A stretch of 63,806 nt of DNA, filler included, from Octopus bimaculoides (taxonomy: Eukaryota): the NCBI RefSeq assembly GCF_001194135.2. It is 5 parts of 5 records of this genome, joined end to end, with 100 filler letters (N's around TTAATTAATTAA, not from the genome) between each part and the next. Parts side by side here need not be neighbours in the genome. Positions count along the whole stretch, not along the records: positions 1 to 29,491 come from NC_069006.1; 4 more parts are not named here. One strand, 5' to 3'. The notes under the pieces were generated by a model. That model made no database searches. It had not been told where the DNA came from and worked only from the letters and a program-made list of their open reading frames with translations. Shown here piece after piece: positions 1-12,240 of this stretch. The position numbers and the translations under genes were made by a program. Numbering within the stretch: the first letter of the stretch is position 1; each line of letters begins with the position of its first letter.

Positions 1-687
1 TCTCTCTCTATCTTGTAAGTACAAAGATGCATATGTGAATGCATTCGGCGGGCGGGGGAGGAGGGGAGAGACAGAGAGAAAGTAAGTGGAAGAAAGAGAG
101 GGAGGTGGGGAGGGAGATACATGTATAATCGTGAGTGAGAGAGAGAGAGAGAGAGAGAGAGAAGTGACTGTATGCAAAGATATGTATGTATGTGTGTAGG
201 TATGTTGGGCCTGTATGTATGTGTGCGTGTGTGTATTTACGTACGTTTGTATATGTAATTGTGGTGTGTTTAGGTATGTTCCTCTTAGCGTGCAAAGTTT
301 CTGCATTTAACAATGTGTGTGTGTGTGTGAGAACACATACGCACACGTGCGCGTGTATATATAACAATATATGTGTGTGTGTGTGCAAGAATTTATCTAC
401 ATCTACACAATATCTATGTATGTGTGTATATATATATATATGAAGTTACACACACATATCAATATGAGAATTTATATACGCATCTATATCAGAGTACATA
501 TCTATGCCACACACACACACACACATGAGAATTTATCACAATACATATCTATACGTGTGTTTGTGTGTGTGTATAAAGTAATGAACGTGTATGTATCTGT
601 ACATGTATATTATATATATGAATATAAAAATATGCATATATATATATATATAAATATAATCAAACACACAAACACACACACAATATA

Positions 688-723
<36 letters not shown>

Positions 724-1012
724 TGTATGTATGTATGTATATGCATAACGTGTGAGGTTGTGTTGAGCCTCTGCCACTATCAAATGTTGAATTAATCCTC
801 GCGAGTTGTGTTATGTGGAAGAAGTCCACTGCCCCCCCCTGTTTCCAGGATGGAAAAGAAGTGTCACAGAAGTGATATCGCTAATGAAATTATTCCCACC
901 ATTAGGGAGAGAGAATCTTATCGACACTGATGATAGTTATCAGCCATTCGTTCATACACTCATCCCACCCCCTACACACACACACACATATGCACACAAA
1001 CATACAATCCAC

Positions 1013-1059
<47 letters not shown>

Positions 1060-1139
1060 TACTTGCACATAAATATTACATATGCATACACGAAATACAC
1101 AAATATATATGCCCTTAGATTTAAACGCACACACACATT

Positions 1140-1174
<35 letters not shown>

Positions 1175-1623
1175 GCGCATACATGTATACAAATACACGG
1201 ACATACATATAAATATATTCACATAAGCACAAATATATGACTACATATATGCACCTACATATGTATGTACACACACACATATATATATATTTAAAAGCAT
1301 GCATAAATACATATGTATATATATACATATCTACACACATAAGCGTGTGTATCTGTACAAAGTTATACGCTGATAAAAAGCCGAGATGTGCCTTTTATAT
1401 GCAAAGTTATTTATGTTTCGCTTGCGCATGCGTGTTCCTTATTAGAGCTTAGCTTCCTCTGATGGGGCTTCGATCACTCAAACATGGATGATAGGATTTG
1501 TGACAAGGAAGGCTGGAGGTGGTGGCTGCGTTTAAGGTGTAGGAAATATATCGAGATGAAGGAGAGAGAGAGAGAGAGAGGGATTAGCGAAAGAGATAGA
1601 TCGAAAGTATAATGGGTAGTGAT

Positions 1624-1673
<50 letters not shown>

Positions 1674-1938
1674 GCGAAGAGTAAAGGGAAAGAGTGAGAT
1701 TTAGAAAGCCGAGAAGAATGGTTGAAGAGAGTGAAAAAGGAACACACACACACACACACAGGGGAAGCTGGGAGGGTCACAGGAGAGGGAGTGGGTGAAA
1801 GGGGAATCATTCTGTTTTAAAACATTGTTCAGAAATAAAGCACAACAATGCAACATGCTGCAAAACTGTTGTCTTTTGTTCACTCCTGATACACTTCCGC
1901 CGTAGTCAAAGCGTTTGAAACGGATCTCATAGACTTAC

Positions 1939-1977
<39 letters not shown>

Positions 1978-2037
1978 ACGTACACGTACACGCACACGTT
2001 TTTAGTTATCAAAAGTTTATTTATTTGCTTATGGTGT

Positions 2038-2470
2038 TTAGTCAAGTACAAACATTTCGTCCTCTTCTGGAACATCGTTATAAATCATCAAACGCCAAAC
2101 TTCACATTGAATTTCTTGCAGATCCATTTCCTGTAGAATCATGGACTCCAATCTCTCATGTTTGGCAATATAACTTTCTTTAAATGAACACTTTTTGTCC
2201 AAATACCCTGCTCGTAGTGCATTGGCTATGCAACTGTCGGTAATTCTATTCCATGAATTCTTCACCAATTTACGACTTCTTGGAGGTTGGGTTTGACAAA
2301 GTTCCCACGCTGATATCTCTCCATTCTACGTTCTGTCTATTCATTCACTTCCATCCGCTAATAATCTTTGAAGGGCTTGTTTATTACAAGATCTAATGTT
2401 TGTAGATATGAAGTCGTTCCCGCGGGAATCATTATGTGGTCAATTCTTCTTTGAGAAAGGAAGGTTTTCA
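2038..2470 (-). mobile_element. Degenerate pogo/Tigger-type (DDE_1) transposase C-terminal fragment
   Basis: Minus strand 2429-2361 reads IPAGTTSYLQTLDLVINKPFKDY, matching the pogo/DDE_1 motif IPxGxTxxLQPLDxxxNKPFK. It is followed by GNFVKPNLQEVVNW and, after a frameshift, VKNSWNRITDSCIANALRAGY, the typical 'WVxxAWxxI..I..F..CG' helix. In-frame stops (TAG at 2360-2358) show it is dead. Confidence 0.85.
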
Positions 2471-2644
2471 TCTCTCTCTCTCTCTCTCTGTATGTACACA
2501 CACACACAGACACACACACACACACACACACAGATTAAGTTTTCGATTTTCTTCCATAGTTTAATTGGTCAATCGTCTTACGAATGATATAAAATCCGAC
2601 TGTCTCCGATTTTGTTCCATAGTTAAGATAGCCTTTATATATAA

Positions 2645-2705
<61 letters not shown>

Positions 2706-2711
2706 TGTGTG

Positions 2712-2745
<34 letters not shown>

Positions 2746-2753
2746 ATGATTAC

Positions 2754-2840
2754 CGTTTGATCGGTTCTTGTCCGACACATTTCATCGTCTCTATTGATTG
2801 ATGACTTATTCGGATGAGTGGCGGGAGAGGAAGGGGAAGT

Positions 2841-2879
<39 letters not shown>

Positions 2880-3002
2880 AGTGTGCGCTGGTGCTGCCAT
2901 AGCAGTCCTCCTCCTTCCCTTGATGTTACTATTTGATGTGACCGCAGCAGCTGCTACTTGCTGCCGCTTCGCACTACTACTACTACCACCGACACTACCA
3001 CC
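2754..3002 (-). CDS. Candidate internal coding exon of an unnamed minus-strand gene (5' end in N gap)
   Basis: 83 open codons from the gap edge: GGSVGGSSSSAKRQQVAAAAVTSNSNIKGRRRTAMAAPAHTPSLSLSLSLSLSPTSPSSPATHPNKSSINRDDEMCRTRTDQT. The frame ends at a phase-0 donor ACG|GTAATC (2753), immediately followed by (GATA)n. GC is higher than the flanks. No domain recognised. Confidence 0.5.
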
Positions 3003-3938
3003 NNNNNNNNNNNNNNNNNNNNNNNNNNNNNNNNNNNNNNNNNNNNNNNNNNNNNNNNNNNNNNNNNNNNNNNNNNNNNNNNNNNNNNNNNNNNNNNNNN
3101 NNNNNNNNNNNNNNNNNNNNNNNNNNNNNNNNNNNNNNNNNNNNNNNNNNNNNNNNNNNNNNNNNNNNNNNNNNNNNNNNNNNNNNNNNNNNNNNNNNNN
3201 NNNNNNNNNNNNNNNNNNNNNNNNNNNNNNNNNNNNNNNNNNNNNNNNNNNNNNNNNNNNNNNNNNNNNNNNNNNNNNNNNNNNNNNNNNNNNNNNNNNN
3301 NNNNNNNNNNNNNNNNNNNNNNNNNNNNNNNNNNNNNNNNNNNNNNNNNNNNNNNNNNNNNNNNNNNNNNNNNNNNNNNNNNNNNNNNNNNNNNNNNNNN
3401 NNNNNNNNNNNNNNNNNNNNNNNNNNNNNNNNNNNNNNNNNNNNNNNNNNNNNNNNNNNNNNNNNNNNNNNNNNNNNNNNNNNNNNNNNNNNNNNNNNNN
3501 NNNNNNNNNNNNNNNNNNNNNNNNNNNNNNNNNNNNNNNNNNNNNNNNNNNNNNNNNNNNNNNNNNNNNNNNNNNNNNNNNNNNNNNNNNNNNNNNNNNN
3601 NNNNNNNNNNNNNNNNNNNNNNNNNNNNNNNNNNNNNNNNNNNNNNNNNNNNNNNNNNNNNNNNNNNNNNNNNNNNNNNNNNNNNNNNNNNNNNNNNNNN
3701 NNNNNNNNNNNNNNNNNNNNNNNNNNNNNNNNNNNNNNNNNNNNNNNNNNNNNNNNNNNNNNNNNNNNNNNNNNNNNNNNNNNNNNNNNNNNNNNNNNNN
3801 NNNNNNNNNNNNNNNNNNNNNNNNNNNNNNNNNNNNNNNNNNNNNNNNNNNNNNNNNNNNNNNNNNNNNNNNNNNNNNNNNNNNNNNNNNNNNNNNNNNN
3901 NNNNNNNNNNNNNNNNNNNNNNNNNNNNNNNNNNNNNT

Positions 3939-4190
3939 AGATATATGTGTGTGTGTGTGTATAATTATATATATATGTAGATATATGTGTGTGTGTGTGT
4001 ATAATTATATATATATGTAGATATATGTGTGTGTGTGTGTATAATTATATATATATGTAGATATATGTGTGTGTGTGTATAATTATATATATGTAGATAT
4101 ATGTGTGTGTGTGTGTATAATTATATATATATGTAGATATATGTGTGTGTGTGTATATAATTATATATATATGTAGATATATGTGTGTGT
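3939..4190. repeat. Compound ~38-42-bp minisatellite built of microsatellites: AGATATAT(GT)nATAAT(TA)nTGT, about 6 copies
   Basis: The unit restarts at 3939, 3979, 4019 and onward with variable (GT)n and (TA)n lengths; it abuts a gap. Confidence 0.9.
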
Positions 4191-4622
4191 GTATGTGTGT
4201 GCATACACACACAGTACATACATGTATTCTCTCTTTTTCTCTCTCTATCAGCACACAGACACTGTGTTTTTCAGACAATTTGACCAGTTGACAAATGAAA
4301 TCACCACCCTTGTCGTTGTTGCTAATTACGTTGTCTTGTTATCTAACATAATTAACTAATTAGACAGAACAATATCGTCGCTATTGTTTTCTTAAATATT
4401 GAGGGCAACAGCTTCACAGAGACTCCACAGGACGATAACATTAGCATCAACATCGCCCTCACCACCGTTTTCGCCGTTACACTATAATACCACCAGGTCC
4501 AATCATTGTACCGCTACCACCAACCACTAAACCAGTAATAAAACGAACGAGGTTCGTTACCACTGCACACATATTAAACTATGTTGCTGGCCTTGTGCCA
4601 AAATTTGAAAATATTTCTATAA

Positions 4623-4840
4623 AGCGGAGATCTGGCAGAATCGTTAGCACGCCGGGCAAAAATGCTTAGCGGTATTTCGTCTGCCGCTACGTTCTGAGTT
4701 CAAATTCCGCTGAGATCGACTTTGCCTTTCATCCTTTCGGGGGTCGATAAATTAAGTACTTGTTGCGTACAGGGGTCGATTTAATCGACTGGGCCCCTTC
4801 CCCAAAAATTTCGGGCCTTGTGCCTGGATTAGAAAAGAAT
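4623..4840 (+). mobile_element. SINE family A (tRNA-derived head), near full length
   Basis: Head GGCAGAATCGTTAGC, B-box-like GAGTTCAAATTCC, body GGGGTCGAT...TAATCGACT, tail GGCCTTGTGCCT...AGAAAAGAAT. The same sequence recurs about 10 times in the window. Confidence 0.85.
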
Positions 4841-5724
4841 ATTTAGATAGATAACCGCTTGGGAAACCTTGATACTCTAAGCAAAACCTTCACTTTCAAG
4901 ATGGTGCTCCAGCATGGCCACAATCCTATGTCTGGAACAAATGAAAGTTGTACAAGGAAACCCCAAAGTACACACACAATCACAAATACACACACACACA
5001 CACAATTACAAATACACACACACGCACAGATCACAAGTATACACACACACAGAGACACACACCAACAGCGACTTCAACCCCCACCTGAACCACCACCACT
5101 ACCAACAACAACCTAACTGTTAACCACTGGCAAACACCAGTCGTCATTTTCTACATCATTAGTAAAAACCACGTTACAACCACCACGACAAACAACCGCA
5201 AGCCATAACTATTTCAGGCTGTGTCACACAACCCCTGAATCACGTCTGACAATTGCTACCAACCACATCGTACTGTATTATATATCAACCACCACCATCA
5301 CCATCATTATTATTATCATCATCATCAACATCAATAACTAGGGTAACAGTAAACGTGTACACTGTAATACAGACGGTTATGTTGTGTTACAATGTCAGTG
5401 AAATTACTTAGTGAGGGTGGAAGGAATAACTACAAGGTATTAGATTACTTAAAACGAAGGTGAAAAATAGCAAAAAGAAAAACAAAACAAAGGTGTGTGT
5501 GTATTGTGTCTATAACTAATTGAAATGACGTTAGCAACAGCCATCAGTACCTGCGTTAAAATGCCTATCAGACATACCAAAGAGTATTGTGCATATTCTA
5601 TACATACACACACATATTTATTTATTTATTACACATACACATATACTATGTATACAAATCTGTGATCAGACACACACTACATCTATATATATCATAATCA
5701 ACTAACATGCGTGTGAATAATTGC

Positions 5725-5773
<49 letters not shown>

Positions 5774-6656
5774 NNNNNNNNNNNNNNNNNNNNNNNNNNN
5801 NNNNNNNNNNNNNNNNNNNNNNNNNNNNNNNNNNNNNNNNNNNNNNNNNNNNNNNNNNNNNNNNNNNNNNNNNNNNNNNNNNNNNNNNNNNNNNNNNNNN
5901 NNNNNNNNNNNNNNNNNNNNNNNNNNNNNNNNNNNNNNNNNNNNNNNNNNNNNNNNNNNNNNNNNNNNNNNNNNNNNNNNNNNNNNNNNNNNNNNNNNNN
6001 NNNNNNNNNNNNNNNNNNNNNNNNNNNNNNNNNNNNNNNNNNNNNNNNNNNNNNNNNNNNNNNNNNNNNNNNNNNNNNNNNNNNNNNNNNNNNNNNNNNN
6101 NNNNNNNNNNNNNNNNNNNNNNNNNNNNNNNNNNNNNNNNNNNNNNNNNNNNNNNNNNNNNNNNNNNNNNNNNNNNNNNNNNNNNNNNNNNNNNNNNNNN
6201 NNNNNNNNNNNNNNNNNNNNNNNNNNNNNNNNNNNNNNNNNNNNNNNNNNNNNNNNNNNNNNNNNNNNNNNNNNNNNNNNNNNNNNNNNNNNNNNNNNNN
6301 NNNNNNNNNNNNNNNNNNNNNNNNNNNNNNNNNNNNNNNNNNNNNNNNNNNNNNNNNNNNNNNNNNNNNNNNNNNNNNNNNNNNNNNNNNNNNNNNNNNN
6401 NNNNNNNNNNNNNNNNNNNNNNNNNNNNNNNNNNNNNNNNNNNNNNNNNNNNNNNNNNNNNNNNNNNNNNNNNNNNNNNNNNNNNNNNNNNNNNNNNNNN
6501 NNNNNNNNNNNNNNNNNNNNNNNNNNNNNNNNNNNNNNNNNNNNNNNNNNNNNNNNNNNNNNTATATAAAACTTCCACGTGCACCTACACGCAAGCAAAC
6601 ATGCCCGGAACGAGCATCAAAATTTATCGTCTGCTGAAAAATGGATGACAACTTAC

Positions 6657-6714
6657 CGGCTTGATAGCGAGCTAGGATCGGCGAGAGCGTCGGAGACACG
6701 TTGTTATTCCACAT
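6657..6714 (-). CDS. Candidate first coding exon (exon 6793-6657; CDS MWNNNVSPTLSPILARYQA + 1 nt)
   Basis: Acceptor TTTCTCTTTTTTCCTAG| at 6794. All three frames have stops upstream of the ATG, consistent with 5'UTR. Kozak-like ACCATG at 6714; strong donor CCG|GTAAGT at 6656 (phase 1). Confidence 0.55.
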
Positions 6715-7718
6715 GGTACTCCTCAATATTTAACTTTGGCAGCAGGACTTTGTTGTTGTTGGTGGTGGTGGGTTACTTCTATTACAGTTAATTCTAGGAA
6801 AAAAGAGAAAGCAACCTATAAACCTGCACGTATATACGTAAATAATACAAGTGTGTCTGTTTAAAAATACATTCTTTCGTGCATCGCTTAAGTGTTTACA
6901 TGTAAAGCAACAACCATAATAAATTCTGAAGTTATCATGCTTGCTTTTGAAGTTGTCACGCCGTATTTTAAGACTATATTTTTATCGAGCCAAAGAAGAA
7001 AGTTTATATTTATTTTATTACAATTTTGTTACGAATTAATCGTCTTCCTCTGTTTATTTACATGGCGCTTGTTGGCAGTTGCTGGAGGGGGGCTACCCAT
7101 TGGACGTTAAGAACATCTTGTTCACAGATATTCGCTTCCTATATATATATATGTATAATTCAATGAGCGAAAGAGTGTTTCAAGGCTTTGGAATGTCGGC
7201 ATGGAAAGAATATTAGTATTCTTGCTTTTGCAAAGTGGTTAGAAGCGTATTGTGTGCTAATTTTTTCTTCTTCTTCTTGTACCCGCCCGTCTCATATCTC
7301 GCTATTTTCATACAAATTTCCCTCTCTAACTTACTCCAAACTCTCGAAAATAACTTCCATCATGCTCCGAAGAAGAATAATAACAAGAAGGTTAAAAAGA
7401 AAACAAACAGACCTAATAAATCAGGACAAAAAATTAAACAAAAACATGAACTGTCTTTCTACACGCTAACAAAAACACGTTGAAAATAGACGGTCTGTGA
7501 CTCTTTTTCTTTTTGTTCCTTGCGGGTTCTTGTAATAATAATAACACATGAAATAAATACGATTACACAGCGAATTTAATCCGTTAGGAACTGTTTTAAT
7601 GAAATCTGCCTTTTTCTATCTTTCTAACAAACCTTTGTGGAGTTTTTCTCTTTCATTCAAAATAAAGTATATATACACACACACACATAAACATAACCTG
7701 TCTGTGCGTGTGTGTATT

Positions 7719-7788
<70 letters not shown>

Positions 7789-8036
7789 CATCCACCCGGT
7801 CTTTGTTTCGTGTCTTTTAATTAATGGTATGACAAGAATCTCAGACTCGTTGTTGACATTGTCAATTACTGGAAATTTCCAATTGTTAAACATTCCACGT
7901 GGAATCTTTTTTCTAATTCCCCACCCCATTGTCATTTATTATACTCAAATTTGTTCTATATAATTTGTTCCGCTTTTTCTTTTTTTTTCTTTCAAGATAG
8001 CAGAGTTCCTCATATATCTGCTATTTGTTGAAAAAT

Positions 8037-8069
<33 letters not shown>

Positions 8070-8966
8070 GCGCTCACGTCCATATTCGCATCATACGCCC
8101 ATTCCGAGAAAAATGGATAGTGACAATAGGAAAATAATAATAATAATAATGATAATTACAATGCGAAATACCCAAATTCTTGATAACAGTAGTGAATGCA
8201 AGTTTAATAGGGGTATTATCGAGAAGACATTTTCCGGAAAAAAAAAATAAAAGGCATTTAGGAAAATAAGGAAAGGATTAAGAAACACGAAGGAAAAAAG
8301 AAGCAGAAATAAAACCAGAGAGAGAGAGAGAAGAAGAAGATAAAATTACGTGAGACTTTTGATATCAAAATGGTGCCGGGAAATTCGTCACATTGTCTTC
8401 GGGAAATATAATATAAAGAATGGAAGGATTTGGAGTGAACACGTTGATTATGGGTAGTGAAGGCAAAACCAGGCTAGGCAGCATTAATCGATCGATGAGG
8501 AAGGAAGCTGGCATGCGATTTGTCTGTCTGTCCCCCCTTACCAAGTCATTCCAATCAGAATGGCTGGTGTGACACACACACATGCACAAGCTGCTGTTGT
8601 TGTTGTTGTTGTTGTTGGTGATGGTGTTATTGTGTGGGTGGTTATGGCGGTGGAGGGTAGGATGGTCGTGGTGGTGGTGGTGGTGTTGTCATAGGGTACA
8701 ATGGCTTGGAGGCCTCACAAACATCAATTGCTTTCCTTTGTATTCGATAAACAAGCTGAGTGTTAAATATTTGAAGCGGTTCCGATAGAAGGAACACACA
8801 CACACACACACAGACACACATACATAACGTACGCATACGCATCTTTATAATGTATCTGTCTTTATGTGTGTGTGTGTATGTACATATAGGGGACGTAAAC
8901 AAACCAACACCGATTGATGGGACAAACATGACACACCCACATTATCTCCTACTTACAGACCCCCCC

Positions 8967-9007
<41 letters not shown>

Positions 9008-9088
9008 AGGTATGTTTAGTTCACGCTAGATATGAAACCAATGCTTTTTTTTCTAAACTGTTACTTTACACACACACACATATATATA

Positions 9089-9241
9089 CGACGGGCTTCT
9101 TTCAGTTTCCATCCACTAAATCCACTCACTAAGTTTTGGTCGGCCGAGGCTCTAGTAGAAGACACTTGTCAAAGGTACCATGCAGTGGGACTGAACCCGG
9201 AACTATGTGGTTGGGAAGTAAACGTCTTACCACAGAGCCAC
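9089..9241 (-). mobile_element. SINE family B 5' half
   Basis: Reverse complement reads GTGGCTCTGTGGTAAG...CCGGGTTCAGTCCCACTGCATGGTACCTTTGACAAGTGTCTTCTACTAGAGCC...GAAACTGAAAGAAGCCCGTCG, matching the copies at 21.2, 31.4 and 52.7 kb. Confidence 0.85.
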
Positions 9242-9409
9242 TTGGATGATCGTTGGCTCTCTGGAGTTCATTTGCCTTTTGACATTTGCTTTTCGATCAA
9301 GCAGGATGTCTGAAAACCACTCTGCTCACCAAACCGAGGGGATTTCCCTTTCAGTCACTGACGGCTCGACCATTACAGCAGGTTGTACTGGGTTACATAT
9401 TGGTTTCAG

Positions 9410-9785
9410 GTTTTGGCACAAGGTCAGTAAGTTCAGGGGAAGGGATAAGTCGATTAGATCGCCCCCTAGCGCTCAACTCGTATTTATTTTTATCGACTCT
9501 GATAGGGATGAGAAACAATGTCAGCCTCTGCGTAATTTTAACGTAAAAACGGACGAAATACCGCTTAGCATTTTGTCCGGAGCCAGGGCCGGCTCAAGGT
9601 ACCGGCAACTCTGACAGTCGCCCGGGGCGCCATGTGCTAAGGAGCGCCAAGGAGGACTTGACAAAGACAAGGAAATTTCCACGTTCGTCAGCTTGTACAC
9701 GCCGAAGCTCAGATTTCCCGGGGCGCCAGCAACCCTAGGGCCGGCCTTACCCGGAGCAGTAACGATTTTGCCACCTCACCGCCTT
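9410..9785 (-). mobile_element. SINE family A, split by a nested MITE
   Basis: The SINE sequence GACGAAATACCGCTTAGCATTTTGTCCGGAGC resumes as AGTAACGATTTTGCCACCTCACCGCCTT after the insert. Confidence 0.75.
9584..9749. mobile_element. 166-bp non-autonomous hAT-type MITE
   Basis: Termini CAGGGCCGGC / GCCGGCCTTA (8/10 inverted match). Flanking 8-bp near-duplication TCCGGAGC (9576-9583) / CCCGGAGC (9750-9757); an 8-bp TSD is typical of hAT. Internal CCCGGGGCGCCA at 9621 and 9717. Confidence 0.75.
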
Positions 9786-10814
9786 GGTGCTGCGTTACAC
9801 AATACCAGCAAATAATGTTACTGTATGTGCAAAGACATAGATGCATAAATACGCATTTCCGTTCTAAAAGTCTATTTTTGTCAATTGGAATCTTTAGTTA
9901 AAATAACCACATTATTAAGTCCCATTTCCTTTGTTCACTCATTGAAAAAAAAAATAAAAACAACAGCCCACTCATTATTGGCTTTAAGTGAGACGTCAAC
10001 ACGTCACCGCCAGAGACGCCAGACTTCTGGCCATCTTTGATTGAAAACTAAAGTATGTGTAATAAACAAATACGTCGTTCATATTATTCATTAAGAAACG
10101 AGCTCGAACAAACATTCTTTTCTGTTTTTATTTTATTTAATTGTATATATATATGTGTATTTTTCTTCTTTTATTTTTGTTCTTTATAAAGCTCATTCAT
10201 GTCCCTCTTTTATTAAACAACCGTACTGAATATCACAACCCAGTTTCCTGTACATAATGATTGTAAGCTCGAAAACTTCAAATACAACACACGCATTTGT
10301 TGTCTGAAATGTGTATAGAGAATGTCTTATTCATTGGCAGAAAACGCTTATTCAATGTAGTGAAACATCACGTGTTTACTTCAGTATATTCATAAAGTAC
10401 AAGTTTAAATTAGATATTTGGTCCAAACAGAGAACCAGCCACAATTTTCTATTGCGACATCCATAAAAACAACATTTCAGTCAACACGTGTGTAAAGATA
10501 TTGTTGTATATATGAAAGTCAGTGATGTAATTCGTATGGTCTCCTTTTCTGTTTTTGAAATAAAAAGCTATTTTGAGACACGCATATTTATGTGAACGGT
10601 GAACGAGCTGAAATGTTGCTTAAATAAAAGAAAAGGAAATCAACATATGTGGCCTGTGAATTAGCGGAATAGAGATACGGTAAATCGATATCTCGTTTAA
10701 CAGAAACATATCCTGTTTTAAGATTAACTGAAAGAAGTGCAAGGAACGAACTCCCCACCAATTCTTTGCCCTGGGTGAGTTCTATGTGAAAGAGAGCGAG
10801 AGAGAACTTCGAGT

Positions 10815-10870
10815 TCCGTTTATATATATGGCAGAGAGCTTGCTGCTCTTCCATTGGACAAACCAATAAG
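10815..10870 (-). promoter_or_regulatory. Candidate Pol II core promoter: two CCAAT boxes plus TATATAAA
   Basis: Minus strand: ATTGG (10867-10863), CCAAT (10857-10853), TATATAAA (10826-10819), then a pyrimidine-rich stretch ~25-30 nt downstream. It faces the ATG exon at 6.7 kb. Confidence 0.45.
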
Positions 10871-11675
10871 TGAAAACGTTACAGGTGCATAAAGTTGCAT
10901 CCTGCCTCAAGATCCTCAAAAGAGCTATGTATGTATAAATTATGTGTGTGTGTATAACATATATATTCGTAGGATGCAGGATACCAAAGCAAGACGTTCT
11001 CTTCGTAGATGTCGATCCGACTGAGTGTCACATTGGCAGACTGTCTTTCGCTCTATAGCTTCATACTCACGTCACCTCGAGAACGTTTCTGCCTTATAAC
11101 GCTAGGAACAATAATTCAAACTAAACCTTTAATCCGACAGTTTTAGGCCGCAATGTGCCGGTTTAAAAGTATAACCGTATTTAGTTACGTCACTTTACGT
11201 TCTGAGTTCAAGTCCCGCCGGTTATCGATGAATTATCTTTAACTTACCCGCAACTAAGTTCAACCAAACGGCATATTTGCCCGCCACCCACTACATTTTA
11301 CGCTCTTTTGCCAAGTTTAGGAATCAGTTGTTACGTTATTGTTAACATAATTAATGCAAGGAAAATATATTAACATATTTCATATTAATATATTAACATA
11401 TTTAATGAAGGGACTTACTGCAAGTAATTATTTAGCGAGAAAAACAAAAATGAAAAAACAAAAAGGCATCGGCAGGGCGATGCATACCCTGCGCGCAGAT
11501 AAATGTGGCTTACAATGCGTTGCTTATCCATACTTTTTAATTAAACTGAATTATTATTATTATTATTATTATTATTATTTATTTTTTTGTTAAGTATCAC
11601 AATTATAGGTATTTATAATCTGGTGAAAATTAAGAAATCAAGTCGTAAATAAACGAAACTCTCGAATCCATCAAT

Positions 11676-11709
<34 letters not shown>

Positions 11710-11713
<4 letters not shown>

Positions 11714-11797
11714 GACTGAATTCCACTCAGCTTCTGTCGACTACATTCAGAAGGCACTGGTCGTCTCGGGGCTATAGAAGGAGACACTTGCCCGAGG
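11710..11797 (-). mobile_element. SINE family B fragment fused to transposase remnant
   Basis: Minus strand CGGGCAAGTGTCTCCTTCTATAGCCCCGAGACGACC...GAGTGGAATT followed by (GT)n. Confidence 0.7.
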
Positions 11798-12240
11798 CGC
11801 CGAATCCTGCTGCCACACATATGGCCTTCCAGCAGTAACGCTCTCCAGCCAGGGTCTGACCACAGTATCCAGCAGCTTCGCGTAACTGTTTGAATTGAGC
11901 CTAAGGCCTTGTTCACAGAAGTGTAGCTAAATTCTCTCGAGCAGACGCAGTCAGAACGCCTGCTGTGTCCCTTCCTGCTGTGTCCCTTCCTGCTGTGTCC
12001 CTTCCTGCTGTGTCCCTTCCTGCTGGCCACAGCTTCGTAGTCTCCATCACAGCCGTCCATGACACGTCTTACAGCCTTTCCAGTGTTCATAGACCATTCG
12101 GCAGCAATCATGCTATCGGCATTTTGACACCCGGCACGAATCTTCACGATAAAGGTAATCCTCTTCCAGATATTCATATGGCCGTCAGTCCTCAGTGTCA
12201 GCTAAACTTTTCTCAACTACAACTTTAATCTTAATGATCT
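11795..12240 (-). mobile_element. Internally deleted Tc1/mariner-superfamily (maT/rosa-like) transposase
   Basis: N-terminal HTH-like part IWKRITFIVKIRAG...DGDYEAVASRK(GHSRK)nHSRRSDCVCSREF (12177-11932). In another frame, the catalytic-domain piece GLRLNSNSYAKLLDTVVRPWLESVTAGRPYVWQQDSAP (11908-11795) carries the QQDxAP second-aspartate motif. Confidence 0.8.
11959..12025. repeat. 15-bp minisatellite CCTGCTGTGTCCCTT x4.5
   Basis: Perfect units start at 11959, 11974, 11989 and 12004. Confidence 0.95.

Noticed and set aside
1464-1810. Possible next minus-strand exons (PPPPAFLVTNPIIHV*; NDSPFTHSLSCDPPSFP)
   Set aside because: Acceptors are mediocre and embedded in CT/GT repeats; cannot be chosen without transcript data.
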